Below, piece after piece: positions 55,278-64,000 of a stretch of 64,000 bases of DNA. Origin of the DNA: Pseudomonadota bacterium (GTDB lineage Bacteria > Bdellovibrionota_B > Oligoflexia > Oligoflexales > CAIMVM01); contig JBAXBA010000009.1 of the NCBI GenBank assembly GCA_037142195.1, positions 1 through 64,000 on the forward strand, in the 5' to 3' direction. A model generated the notes under the pieces. The model saw nothing but the letters and a program-made list of their open reading frames with translations, made no database searches and was not told the DNA's origin. Made by a program: the position numbers and the translations under genes. Numbering within the stretch: position 1 is the stretch's first letter; each line of letters starts with the position of its first letter.

Positions 55278-57830
55278 ATGTCCCTTCTTAAGGGGGCCTC
55301 CTGGTGGGCTGCCACTAGGGAGCAGAACTTTGAAGTGACTCACTCTTCCCCTCAAGGCCTGAGCAGTCAGGAAGCTTCTTTACGTCTAAGGATTCAAGGT
55401 CGAAATTTAATTGGTAGCAAAAAATCTTATAGTGCCCTAGTCCTGCTTGGCAATCAACTTCGCTCACCCATTGTCATATTACTCATTGCTGCGGCAATTG
55501 TTTCTTTTTGCTTGCACGACTCGACCAATGGCATGATTATTTTAACGATCATCCTCATAAGTAGTCTCCTTGGCTTTTGGCAGGAATTTGGGGCTGCTAT
55601 TGAAATTGAAAAGCTTCAAAGCAGGGTTGAGGTTCTTTCTATAGTCTTAAGAGACCATCTTCCCACTAAGATTCCATTTGATGAAGTGGTTCCAGGAGAT
55701 GTTATTTTACTTTCCGCGGGAAGTGGTGTTCCAGCAGACTGTTTTCTCTTTGAAGGGCGCGACATCTTTGTTGACGAAGCGCTGCTAACGGGTGAAACCT
55801 TCCCCGTTGAAAAAATCCTGGGAACGCTCCCTACAGAAACAAATCTTTCTAAAAGAACGAACGCTGTCTTTCAGGGTACCCACATCGTCAGCGGGTCGGG
55901 AAAAGCACTTGTTTTACAAACAGGCGAGGAGACCCAATTTGGAGCTTTTGCTAGCCGCCTTCGTCTAGGGCCTGAACAAACGGATTTTGAACATGGTGTA
56001 AGAAACTTTGGCAATCTCATTATTCGAATCACCCTGGTTTTGACGATTCTTGTATTTGGGCTTAATGTGTTTCTTTCCAAGCCTATATTAGATTCTTTTC
56101 TTTTTGCGCTTGCTTTGGCAGTGGGCCTAACACCAGAGCTGTTACCCGCGATCATAAGTGTAAATCTAGCCTCAGGGGCGCGTCGAATGGCTGCAAAGAA
56201 GGTCATAGTAAAACGCCTCGTGTCCATTGAAAACTTCGGCAGTATGGATCTCCTCTGTTCCGACAAGACAGGAACTCTGACAGAAGGAAATGTCAAACTT
56301 TCGGCTTGCTTAGATGTCGATGGGAACTCTAGCAACGCTGTTTTGATCTTTGCTGCGATCAATGCGAACTTTCAAACGGGCTTTCAAAACCCCGTGGATG
56401 ATGCCATAAAAGCGGCTACTAAAGATTTGACTTTGGATGCCATATTCTTAGATGAAATGCCTTTTGACTTTTTTCGAAAACGCCTCAGTATCCTAGCAAA
56501 AGTTGCGGGTCAAAATGTATTAATAGTAAAGGGAGCCTTTAACCAAGTTCTTGACGCCTGCACGACATGCGAAACATCTATAGGCAATAGATCGCCTCTT
56601 CAAGAACATCAGGAGGCCGTTCGAGTTAAGTATGCTGAGTTTAGCTCCCGGGGGCTTCGAACTCTAGCTATCGCCACCAAGGTTCTAGGTCAAGAACAGA
56701 AGATAGATCGCTCTGATGAAATGGAACTGACATTTCGCGGGTTTTTGCTTTTTGCTGATCCGCCAAAGGTTGGTATTGCTGAAACCATAAAGGAACTGAA
56801 AGATCTAGGAGTGGCGTTAAAAATAATCACCGGTGACAATCAACTTGTGGCAGCTGAAATTTCAAGACAGGTTGGTTTTCATGAGCCGCGAATTCTCACA
56901 GGTCCCGAACTTCATCATGTCAGCGATGAAGCCTTACCACAGCTTGCCCATTTCACGGATATTTTTTCTGAGGTAGAGCCCAACCAAAAGGAACGCATCA
57001 TTCGCGCACTGAAAAAGGTAGGACATGTGGTGGGCTACCTAGGGGACGGTATCAATGACGCTTCTGCCCTGCGAGCTGCTGATGTCGGTCTATCCGTGCA
57101 GGGAGCCGTCGATATCGCTAAAGATTCAGCCGATATTGTATTGCTGGATCCAGACTTGGAAGTTCTGATTGCAGGTATAAGAGAAGGTCGTAAGACCTTT
57201 GCGAACACCATGAAATACGTATTTATGGCAACTAGCGCTAATTTTGGAAATATGTTTAGCATGGCTGGCGCCTCTCTTCTTTTGCCGTTTCTTCCTCTTT
57301 TGTCCAAGCAGATCCTATTAATCAACCTCCTGACTGACCTTCCCGAAATGGCTATCGCCACCGATTCGGTTTCTGAAGAAGCCATTCTTCGCCCGCAACG
57401 TTGGGATATAGACTATATTCTTAAATTTATGCTGCGCTTTGGACTTCTCAGCTCTATTTTTGACTTTGCAACATTTGCGATCCTTCGATACCAACTGCAT
57501 GCTTCGGCCGAACTTTTTCGCACAGGTTGGTTTGTGGAGTCAGTGGTGTCTGCTTCCCTTATTGTCCTTATCATTCGAACTCCGGGACCAAGTTGGAAGA
57601 ACAAGCCATCTCCGGCCCTACTTGGGTTGACGGTAGCCGTAGTCATCCTAACGCTGATTTTCCCTTATTCACCTTTTGCTGGCCTCTTTGGGCTAGTACC
57701 ACTTCCAGGAAGTTCTATGGCCATCATGGGTACTATCGTATGGATTTATGCCTGTTCGGCAGAGCTATTGAAGCATCACTTTTTTAAATCAAAAATTCCT
57801 AAAACAGCAGCAATTGGGGTGAAGATATGA
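55278..57830 (+). CDS. mgtA: Magnesium-translocating P-type ATPase
   Basis: LTGETFPVEK, AVGLTPELLP, CSDKTGTLT, PFDFFRKR, GDGINDA, TSANFGNMFS, FRTGWFVES. Confidence 0.92.
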   Translation: MSLLKGASWWAATREQNFEVTHSSPQGLSSQEASLRLRIQGRNLIGSKKSYSALVLLGNQLRSPIVILLIAAAIVSFCLHDSTNGMIILTIILISSLLGFWQEFGAAIEIEKLQSRVEVLSIVLRDHLPTKIPFDEVVPGDVILLSAGSGVPADCFLFEGRDIFVDEALLTGETFPVEKILGTLPTETNLSKRTNAVFQGTHIVSGSGKALVLQTGEETQFGAFASRLRLGPEQTDFEHGVRNFGNLIIRITLVLTILVFGLNVFLSKPILDSFLFALALAVGLTPELLPAIISVNLASGARRMAAKKVIVKRLVSIENFGSMDLLCSDKTGTLTEGNVKLSACLDVDGNSSNAVLIFAAINANFQTGFQNPVDDAIKAATKDLTLDAIFLDEMPFDFFRKRLSILAKVAGQNVLIVKGAFNQVLDACTTCETSIGNRSPLQEHQEAVRVKYAEFSSRGLRTLAIATKVLGQEQKIDRSDEMELTFRGFLLFADPPKVGIAETIKELKDLGVALKIITGDNQLVAAEISRQVGFHEPRILTGPELHHVSDEALPQLAHFTDIFSEVEPNQKERIIRALKKVGHVVGYLGDGINDASALRAADVGLSVQGAVDIAKDSADIVLLDPDLEVLIAGIREGRKTFANTMKYVFMATSANFGNMFSMAGASLLLPFLPLLSKQILLINLLTDLPEMAIATDSVSEEAILRPQRWDIDYILKFMLRFGLLSSIFDFATFAILRYQLHASAELFRTGWFVESVVSASLIVLIIRTPGPSWKNKPSPALLGLTVAVVILTLIFPYSPFAGLFGLVPLPGSSMAIMGTIVWIYACSAELLKHHFFKSKIPKTAAIGVKI

Positions 57831-58717
57831 ATGGCAAACATTTCGATAGGAAACACGAAGAGTATCTAGAAATCAGCACAGATCAGCATTTTTCCTTAAA
57901 GAAGGTCCCGGTGAAGGCTATACGCCGCAAGATGTCCGACCATCAATACCAAAAAAATCTGGAAAGGAATATTAGCTTGATCAGCGAGCTTCAAACCCGA
58001 CTCTATGCCGAACATTCCAGAGCTTTACTCATTGTCCTTCAAGGCATGGACACCTCAGGTAAAGATGGCGCTATTAAGCACGTCATGTCAGGTATTAACC
58101 CTCAGGGTTGCCAAGTTGTGAGCTTCAAATCACCCACTCAAACGGAACTGGATCACGACTTCCTTTGGCGGGTCAACCGCGCGCTACCACCTCGCGGGCA
58201 TATTGGTATCTTCAACCGATCCTATTATGAAGAGGTTCTGATAACCCAAATCCATCCGGAACTTCTTGAAGATGAAATGCTGCCTATGGGCAAGCGGGAT
58301 AATAAGTCTTTCTGGCAACACCGCTATAAAGATATCGTCAACCATGAAAAATACCTGCACCGTCAAGGTTATGAAATCCTAAAAATCTTTATCCATATTT
58401 CAAAAAAGGAACAAAGAGACCGACTTCTAGATCGCTTTAGCAACCCTAATAAGCATTGGAAAATTTCAGAAGGTGATGTGCGGGAACGGCAGTATTGGGA
58501 TGAATACCAAGCCGCCTATGAGGGCTGTATTCAGCATACCGCATCTAAAAGCTGCCCTTGGTATATTGTAGCAGGTGACGACAAAAAGACAGCCCGCTTG
58601 ACCATTTCAAAACTTCTCATTCAGCGTTTAGAGTTGCTTGATCTCAAGTACCCCAAGCTCACATCAGCTCAGAATCAAAAGCTTGAAAGGCTTCAAGCAG
58701 ATCTCCTCAAAGAGTGA
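57827..58717 (+). CDS. Polyphosphate kinase 2 family (class III-like) phosphotransferase
   Basis: QGMDTSGKDG, SGINPQG, HDFLWR, IFNRSYYEEVL, KHWK; ATGA overlap with mgtA. Confidence 0.92.
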   Translation: MNGKHFDRKHEEYLEISTDQHFSLKKVPVKAIRRKMSDHQYQKNLERNISLISELQTRLYAEHSRALLIVLQGMDTSGKDGAIKHVMSGINPQGCQVVSFKSPTQTELDHDFLWRVNRALPPRGHIGIFNRSYYEEVLITQIHPELLEDEMLPMGKRDNKSFWQHRYKDIVNHEKYLHRQGYEILKIFIHISKKEQRDRLLDRFSNPNKHWKISEGDVRERQYWDEYQAAYEGCIQHTASKSCPWYIVAGDDKKTARLTISKLLIQRLELLDLKYPKLTSAQNQKLERLQADLLKE

Positions 58718-58788
58718 CAGGGTGGTTCAACATAATGCTATCACTTAGTTTCGGCAACTATTGTAACACTTTTAAAAAGGTATCTTCT

Positions 58789-59022
58789 ATGCACTACTAC
58801 CAATCAGCTTACTTGGGCATGCATTTCCTTTGGTGGTGTTTTTGGGTCCTCATTTGGGTGGGCTTCTTTTCACTTCTAGCACCCGTCCCCCGCCAGACGT
58901 GGCAAAGAATGCGTGAAACACCTAAAGACATCCTGCTAAGACGCCTGGCGAGTGGTGAAATTAGTGAGAAAGAATTTGAGAGCCGACTTTCTATCATAAC
59001 AAAGGAATCGGTATCTCATTAG
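58789..59022 (+). CDS. SHOCT-domain small membrane protein
   Basis: GMHFLWWCFW TM; ETPKDILLRRLASGEISEKEFESR. Confidence 0.85.
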   Translation: MHYYQSAYLGMHFLWWCFWVLIWVGFFSLLAPVPRQTWQRMRETPKDILLRRLASGEISEKEFESRLSIITKESVSH

Positions 59023-59151
59023 AAATGTAGGCGATAGGTGCCTATAAGTGCAGTAGGCCTCTAGTTCCTCAGACGTTGCGTTGAGAGGATCCTTTGGGAA
59101 ATTGTCTAGTCCTTGCTGGACTTAAAAAGCACCCAGAAATAAGCACGACAA

Positions 59152-59183
59152 AAAACCCCAAACCTTGAGGGGTTTGGGGTTTT
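59152..59183. terminator. Bidirectional intrinsic terminator downstream of rplS
   Basis: AAAACCCCAAACC-N6-GGTTTGGGGTTTT. Confidence 0.85.
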
Positions 59184-59200
59184 AATGATTTAGAATCGGA

Positions 59201-59608
59201 TTACTTTGCTGCTTGTGGGGCCTTGAAATAGCGGCTCTTAATACGAGCAGCCTTGCCAGCAAGATCTCTTAGATAGTAAAGGCGAGCGCGTCTGACTCGG
59301 CCCTTAGCAAGTACATCAATTTTATCTACGAAAGGGCTGTTGGCTGAGAATATACGCTCCACACCGACGCCGTTTGCAGAAATTTTTCTGACTGTGTAAG
59401 AAGAGTTCACGCCACCCTTTTTAAAACGAATGCATACGCCTTCGAATTGCTGAATACGTGATTTCTTCTCAGATTTTCCTTTAGCGTCAGTCGTAGTTTC
59501 TTCGATCTTGAAGTGAACAATGACCGTGTCGCCAGGTCTAAATGTGGGTAGAACTTTGGTTTGGGGAGCTACTCTTGCCTCAAAACCTGCCAATATAGAA
59601 TTTTTCAT
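59201..59608 (-). CDS. rplS: 50S ribosomal protein L19
   Basis: [44 protein letters not shown]. Confidence 0.97.
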   Translation of the reverse strand: MKNSILAGFEARVAPQTKVLPTFRPGDTVIVHFKIEETTTDAKGKSEKKSRIQQFEGVCIRFKKGGVNSSYTVRKISANGVGVERIFSANSPFVDKIDVLAKGRVRRARLYYLRDLAGKAARIKSRYFKAPQAAK

Positions 59609-59949
59609 GTTAACACCTATGAATGAATCAACTGTTAATAACCGGCGAAGGAAATGTTCGCTACCCTAGAATCTATCCCCCTGAAACCATTAATAAAAAA
59701 ATTTCATCAAAGAATCAGAAACCAGAGAGACAACTGTTTAAACCAAAGACCGTTATTTGGTCAAGGAGTTTTACGCGTGGAGACCGGCTTTTAGTTCAAA
59801 TTCCATTTCGAACTCCGAGCCTTGCTAAAGCGGCCTGCAAACTGACACGCCATGGAGAAATGATGGGCCTTTATTTAGGAGAAATGCGTTTCCCCTTTGC
59901 GCCTTCTAAAAATTATACTAAGTATATGAAATGCTGAAAGGATTTCATC

Positions 59950-61059
59950 ATGTCGGAATCGCTAGAACAGATAAAGGATACCATCATCGCTCGGGAGCGG
60001 GTTTCCACGGAGTCAGTGGCCTGGCTTTTCTCTGAGGGAAGCGACGAGGAATTAAGAACTTTATCGAGTTTGGCCCGCCGACATTACCATGCGGACGGAG
60101 TTGCCTCTTATTTGAAGATGGCCATTGTCAATTATACAAATATTTGTGTGGCTAAATGTGATTACTGCTCTTTTTATCGCCTCCCCCATGCAGAAGGAAC
60201 CTATCTTTTAAACCAAAATCAAGTCTTTGAAAAAATCAATGCACTGGTTTCTTTTGGGGGTACACTGGTAAGTTTTAATGGTGGTTTCCATCCAAAGCTA
60301 ACCATATTTGATTATGCTAAACTCTTTAAAGCCGTTCACCTTGAATATCCTAGCCTTAAATTTTACGAAATGACGGTCGCTGAATTTATGTTTACCTGCA
60401 AGCTGTCTAAGGTCTCCTATGAGGAGGGGGCAAAAATATTGAAGGATCACGGGACCGAATGGATTACAGGGGGTGGGGCTGAAATTTTAGTAGACTCATT
60501 TAGACTTCGGCACAGCCCCGGCAAGTACAAAGTTGAAGACTATTACGCGGCTCAAAAAGCCATTTTAGATCAGGGCCTAGGCTCCACTGCAACCATGGTC
60601 ATAGGTTTTGATGAATCCACCAGGGAACGCCTGGAGCATCTAGAGCGCCTGCGACGCTTTCAAGATGAAAATCAGAATCGCTTGGCTAGTTTTCTTTGCT
60701 GGACCTACAAGCCCTTTGGCAATGTCCTAGGGGGCAAGGAAGTGTCAACTAATGAGTATTTGAGATGGCTGGCGATTTGTAGGATCTATTTAGATAACTT
60801 TGTGCATATCCGGACCTCAGTCTTAACCAAAAATGAGCGTGCTCTGGAAGCCTTGTTATGGGGTGCCAATGATTTTGATTTGCCAACTGAAGATGAAGTG
60901 ACTCAAAAAGCAGGAGCTACGATTTCCCATGCCTTTGATACGGTATTAAATCACGCCGAAAAAATAGGGATTAAAGCCGTTTACCGTAAGCCCTTTGACA
61001 CAAGAGTGCGCCCAATCCTTTCCTGGCAACCATTGGCTGAAACTACTGTCCCTAGGTGA
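59950..61059 (+). CDS. CofH/MqnC-family radical SAM enzyme (probably futalosine-pathway MqnC)
   Basis: NYTNICVAKCDYCSFYR, GGFHP, GGGAEIL, STATMVIG, ERLEHL..LR..QD, GANDF. Confidence 0.8.
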   Translation: MSESLEQIKDTIIARERVSTESVAWLFSEGSDEELRTLSSLARRHYHADGVASYLKMAIVNYTNICVAKCDYCSFYRLPHAEGTYLLNQNQVFEKINALVSFGGTLVSFNGGFHPKLTIFDYAKLFKAVHLEYPSLKFYEMTVAEFMFTCKLSKVSYEEGAKILKDHGTEWITGGGAEILVDSFRLRHSPGKYKVEDYYAAQKAILDQGLGSTATMVIGFDESTRERLEHLERLRRFQDENQNRLASFLCWTYKPFGNVLGGKEVSTNEYLRWLAICRIYLDNFVHIRTSVLTKNERALEALLWGANDFDLPTEDEVTQKAGATISHAFDTVLNHAEKIGIKAVYRKPFDTRVRPILSWQPLAETTVPR

Positions 61060-61088
61060 GTGCCATAAAAAAAACAGGCACTCCTAAT

Positions 61089-61862
61089 TTACTTTATCTC
61101 AATCGCGCTAATCCAAGTTGTAAAGCTCTGAAGGGTATCATCTCCATCTGCCATATACCAAAGTCCTGTAACATGAACTTCGCTTGGGAGTGTATAGCTC
61201 GCGCTATATCCATTTTTACACCAACTTAATTTCTTAGGTGCCGAATGGGGAACTACCATCGACATATACTTCGTATAGGGGCTTACCCAAGTAGTTCCTG
61301 GCAGGCTGGCTACTCCTGCTGTTAAATATAAAACTCTATCTGTCGGAAATTTAACGATCTTCTCTAGTTTTTTGATCCACGTTGGCACGAACATAGGAAT
61401 CATCGGAGGATTGCCCTCAAGCAATAGGCCAAGGCGAAGAGCTGCATCATCACCAGATTTAGTCTTCTCGATATCTTTCGTGATTTTGGCTAAATCACGT
61501 GTCGTGCACCAATCGAAACTTACTGATTTCACCGATTGAACTTTATCAAAAGGCAGTACTAAGGCGGAAGCAGAATTGCGTACAGTGGCCTCGAGGGCAG
61601 GTCCGGAAAGAGCATAAGCAGTTTTAGTTTTTCCTTCAAACTCCATGGGAAGAGCTTTAGAAATAAATTCCTGGACCAGGGAATTCGCGTTGGGAGCCAG
61701 AGATGGGCTTACCTTTTTTACTTCTTCAGCTTGGGCCATAGAAGTAGTCCCAAGTTCTGTTTCTAGAAAAACTCGTGTGAAAACCTCTAAACAAAATAGC
61801 GTTCTTAAAATAGAAATGGTTAAAGTAAGGCTTCCTGAAAAGCCCGGTTTTAAAATCCTCAT
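61089..61862 (-). CDS. DUF3047-like exported protein
   Basis: SASALV, EKTKSGDDAALRL, SPYT, MADGDDT. Confidence 0.65.
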   Translation of the reverse strand: MRILKPGFSGSLTLTISILRTLFCLEVFTRVFLETELGTTSMAQAEEVKKVSPSLAPNANSLVQEFISKALPMEFEGKTKTAYALSGPALEATVRNSASALVLPFDKVQSVKSVSFDWCTTRDLAKITKDIEKTKSGDDAALRLGLLLEGNPPMIPMFVPTWIKKLEKIVKFPTDRVLYLTAGVASLPGTTWVSPYTKYMSMVVPHSAPKKLSWCKNGYSASYTLPSEVHVTGLWYMADGDDTLQSFTTWISAIEIK

Positions 61863-62650
61863 TTAGCAATTTCCTTTCCAAATACCTCTGTTGTCCTCAA
61901 ATGAAAGGCCTGTTTCTGAGACCTGCCGAGCGCTTTGAGTTCCACACCATTGAGACGTGCAGCATCCTTCATTTCTAGTGCGCCTAGGGGTTTACTTTCA
62001 GCTCCTTGTTCCATAGCGCCCGGATCACCCGCTGAAAGCGTCAATGTATAGAAAGCAAGAGTCCACATATCCAAATCCGAAATTTGATCCTTAAAAGGAT
62101 ACATCGGTGTTTTAGGAATACCGGTTAAAACAATATTGTAAACCATCGCAGGCGCAAGATAGTCTCTATAGAAGGCGCTATTAAGTGCTCTAAGTGGCGG
62201 ACGTAGGCGACTTGATAGGGCACCGTCCGACTGACCTGTCGCCCCATGACAACTCCCACAGTGCCGCAAAAAAAGAGCTTCACCCCTAGCCTTATTTATA
62301 CTGGAAGACGGCGCCATATTTAGAGAAAGCTCCTCTTCCAATACTTTTCTGTACTGCCGCCAAACTTCAAGACTAGGTTTTGCGGAAAAAAGCGCGTCTA
62401 ACTTAGGTCTTTGGGGAATCAAAGGTTTTAGTTTGACCCAAGCCTGTTGAATTTTTTTGTCTTCCTGAGTCCAGTCACAACGTTCGGCACAACGCAAATA
62501 ACCCAAGTCTAGGGTTAGCAAAAAGTCTCTTAAAACCAGAGCTTTGGTCTCTCGATCCGCTAAACTCTCTCTTGCGAAGGCTGGTCTCAGAAAAAGAAGC
62601 AACAAAACCAACGCCAAGAGGATCCTAGAACTGCTGGAAACTTTAAACAC
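61859..62650 (-). CDS. Monoheme c-type cytochrome
   Basis: Signal/TM; GEALFLRHCGSCHG; GIPKTPMYPF axial Met; probable GTG start at 62650. Confidence 0.85.
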   Translation of the reverse strand: MFKVSSSSRILLALVLLLLFLRPAFARESLADRETKALVLRDFLLTLDLGYLRCAERCDWTQEDKKIQQAWVKLKPLIPQRPKLDALFSAKPSLEVWRQYRKVLEEELSLNMAPSSSINKARGEALFLRHCGSCHGATGQSDGALSSRLRPPLRALNSAFYRDYLAPAMVYNIVLTGIPKTPMYPFKDQISDLDMWTLAFYTLTLSAGDPGAMEQGAESKPLGALEMKDAARLNGVELKALGRSQKQAFHLRTTEVFGKEIAK

Positions 62651-62737
62651 GGCCAAACCCCTGTAAAAATGAGCGACTTGCTCACATTTATGGTTTATAA
62701 ATATTTTGCACAAGAAGAATCGTGAAGGGAAATACAA

Positions 62738-64000
62738 ATGACTAAAATTGAGTCAAAACTGGATCAGTGGAAAACCATAGCGAGCAAAGAACTTAAAGGT
62801 ATGCCCACCTCAAGTTTAAACTTCAAGACCCCGGAAGGGATCACGATTAAACCCCTTTACACTTCGCTCGATACCGCATCCTCTGAAGAAACACTTCCAG
62901 GTATGCCGCCTTTTACCCGCGGCCCCAAGGCGACCATGTATCCAAAACATCCCTGGACGATCCGCCAATATGCCGGTTTTTCGACCGCCGAAGAGTCTAA
63001 TGCCTTCTACCTCAAAAATCTTGCCGCTGGCCAAAAAGGACTTTCTGTCGCATTCGACCTGCCCACTCATCGCGGCTATGACTCAGATCACCCCCGGGTT
63101 CTCGGAGACGTGGGAAAGGCAGGAGTCGCCATCGATTCTGTCGAGGATATGAAGATTCTCTTTGGAAACATTCCCCTTCAAGACATCTCTGTTTCAATGA
63201 CTATGAATGGTGCCGTGATTCCCGTACTTGCAAGTTATATAGTTGCCGCGCGTGAGCAAGGGGTAGCGGAACACCTTTTAAAAGGAACAATTCAAAACGA
63301 CATTCTAAAAGAATACATGGTTAGAAATACCTATATTTATCCGCCTGAACCTAGCATGAGAATTGTGCGCGATATCATTGGCTACACATCAAAAAATATG
63401 CCTCTTTTCAATTCCATTTCTATATCGGGCTACCACATGCAGGAAGCGGGCGCAGATGCTGCCCTAGAGCTCGCTTATACGATTGCTGATGGACTCGAGT
63501 ATGTGCGCTCAGCATTAAGCAGTGGATTGAACATTGATGATTTTGCCCCAAGACTTTCTTTCTTTTTTGGCATCGGCATGAATTTCTACATGGAAATCGC
63601 TAAACTTAGAGCCGCTAGAAAACTATGGCACGATGTGATCAAGCCCTTCCAGCCAAAGCTTGAATCCTCCCTTCTTTTGCGCACTCATTGCCAAACTTCA
63701 GGATACTCACTGACAGAGAAAGACCCGTTTAACAATGTTGTTAGAACTACAATTGAAGCCATGGCTGCAGTATTTGGTGGCACCCAATCCCTCCACACCA
63801 ATGCATTAGATGAGGCCATTGCCCTCCCCACTCCATTTTCTGCACGAATCGCTCGGAACACCCAAATCATTATCCAAGAAGAAACGGATATTTGTAAGGT
63901 TATAGATCCCTGGGGCGGCTCCTATTTTATGGAGTCTCTCACCAGAGATATCGAACAAAGAGCACTTGAACTCATGGCTGAAGTGGAAGCTTCAGGCGGG
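62738..64000 (+). CDS. scpA: Methylmalonyl-CoA mutase (runs off the right edge)
   Basis: Hand translation: [80 protein letters not shown]; missing from the ORF track because there is no stop in the window. Confidence 0.95.
   Translation, partial: MTKIESKLDQWKTIASKELKGMPTSSLNFKTPEGITIKPLYTSLDTASSEETLPGMPPFTRGPKATMYPKHPWTIRQYAGFSTAEESNAFYLKNLAAGQKGLSVAFDLPTHRGYDSDHPRVLGDVGKAGVAIDSVEDMKILFGNIPLQDISVSMTMNGAVIPVLASYIVAAREQGVAEHLLKGTIQNDILKEYMVRNTYIYPPEPSMRIVRDIIGYTSKNMPLFNSISISGYHMQEAGADAALELAYTIADGLEYVRSALSSGLNIDDFAPRLSFFFGIGMNFYMEIAKLRAARKLWHDVIKPFQPKLESSLLLRTHCQTSGYSLTEKDPFNNVVRTTIEAMAAVFGGTQSLHTNALDEAIALPTPFSARIARNTQIIIQEETDICKVIDPWGGSYFMESLTRDIEQRALELMAEVEASGG

Noticed and set aside
59623..59937. 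104-aa ORF between rplS and the radical SAM gene
   Set aside because: Occupies the divergent promoter region; no RBS or family motif
62651..62737. Cobalamin riboswitch before the mutase
   Set aside because: The gap is under 90 bp and lacks B12-box-like sequence
1..64000. CRISPR array, rRNA, intact IS/transposase or prophage genes
   Set aside because: No regularly spaced 25-45-bp repeats, rRNA-like tracts or recognisable transposase/phage proteins were seen

Overview
Bacterial chromosomal window with no rRNA or CRISPR array. Gene content (pilB-pilT-pilC, Gld-like ABC module, futalosine-type radical SAM, Cys-rich lipoproteins) suggests a Bdellovibrionota/Oligoflexia-like organism; this is inference only. 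The backbone is housekeeping: surA/ppiC-mfd, sodB, gpsA, aspS, ihfA, pduO, secG, rluA, greB, queG, aroE, ribF, ppk1-ppx-holA-slt, cyoE, map, yacG, trxA-rnhB, rplS, mqnC-like, methylmalonyl-CoA mutase (runs off the right edge), and tRNA-His, -Phe and -Leu. Three accessory regions interrupt it. (1) 1-2067, next to the tRNA-His 3' end: the tail of a serine-recombinase-like gene, a DUF4160/DUF2442 toxin-antitoxin pair and a double-domain aspartyl protease. (2) ~24930-29220, after tRNA-Leu: a GNAT plus two exported Cys-rich proteins, one of which looks like a MACPF/CDC-superfamily pore-former; this pair is the best candidate for an undescribed system. (3) ~50260-59100: an ADP-ribosyltransferase-like lipoprotein bracketed by 17-bp direct repeats, then a VIT1/BON/OmpA-like/MgtA/PPK2/SHOCT cluster with back-to-back sigma54 promoters. 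Sigma28-like promoter motifs precede pilB and the candidate effector genes. All family calls come from motif recognition by eye; no searches were run.
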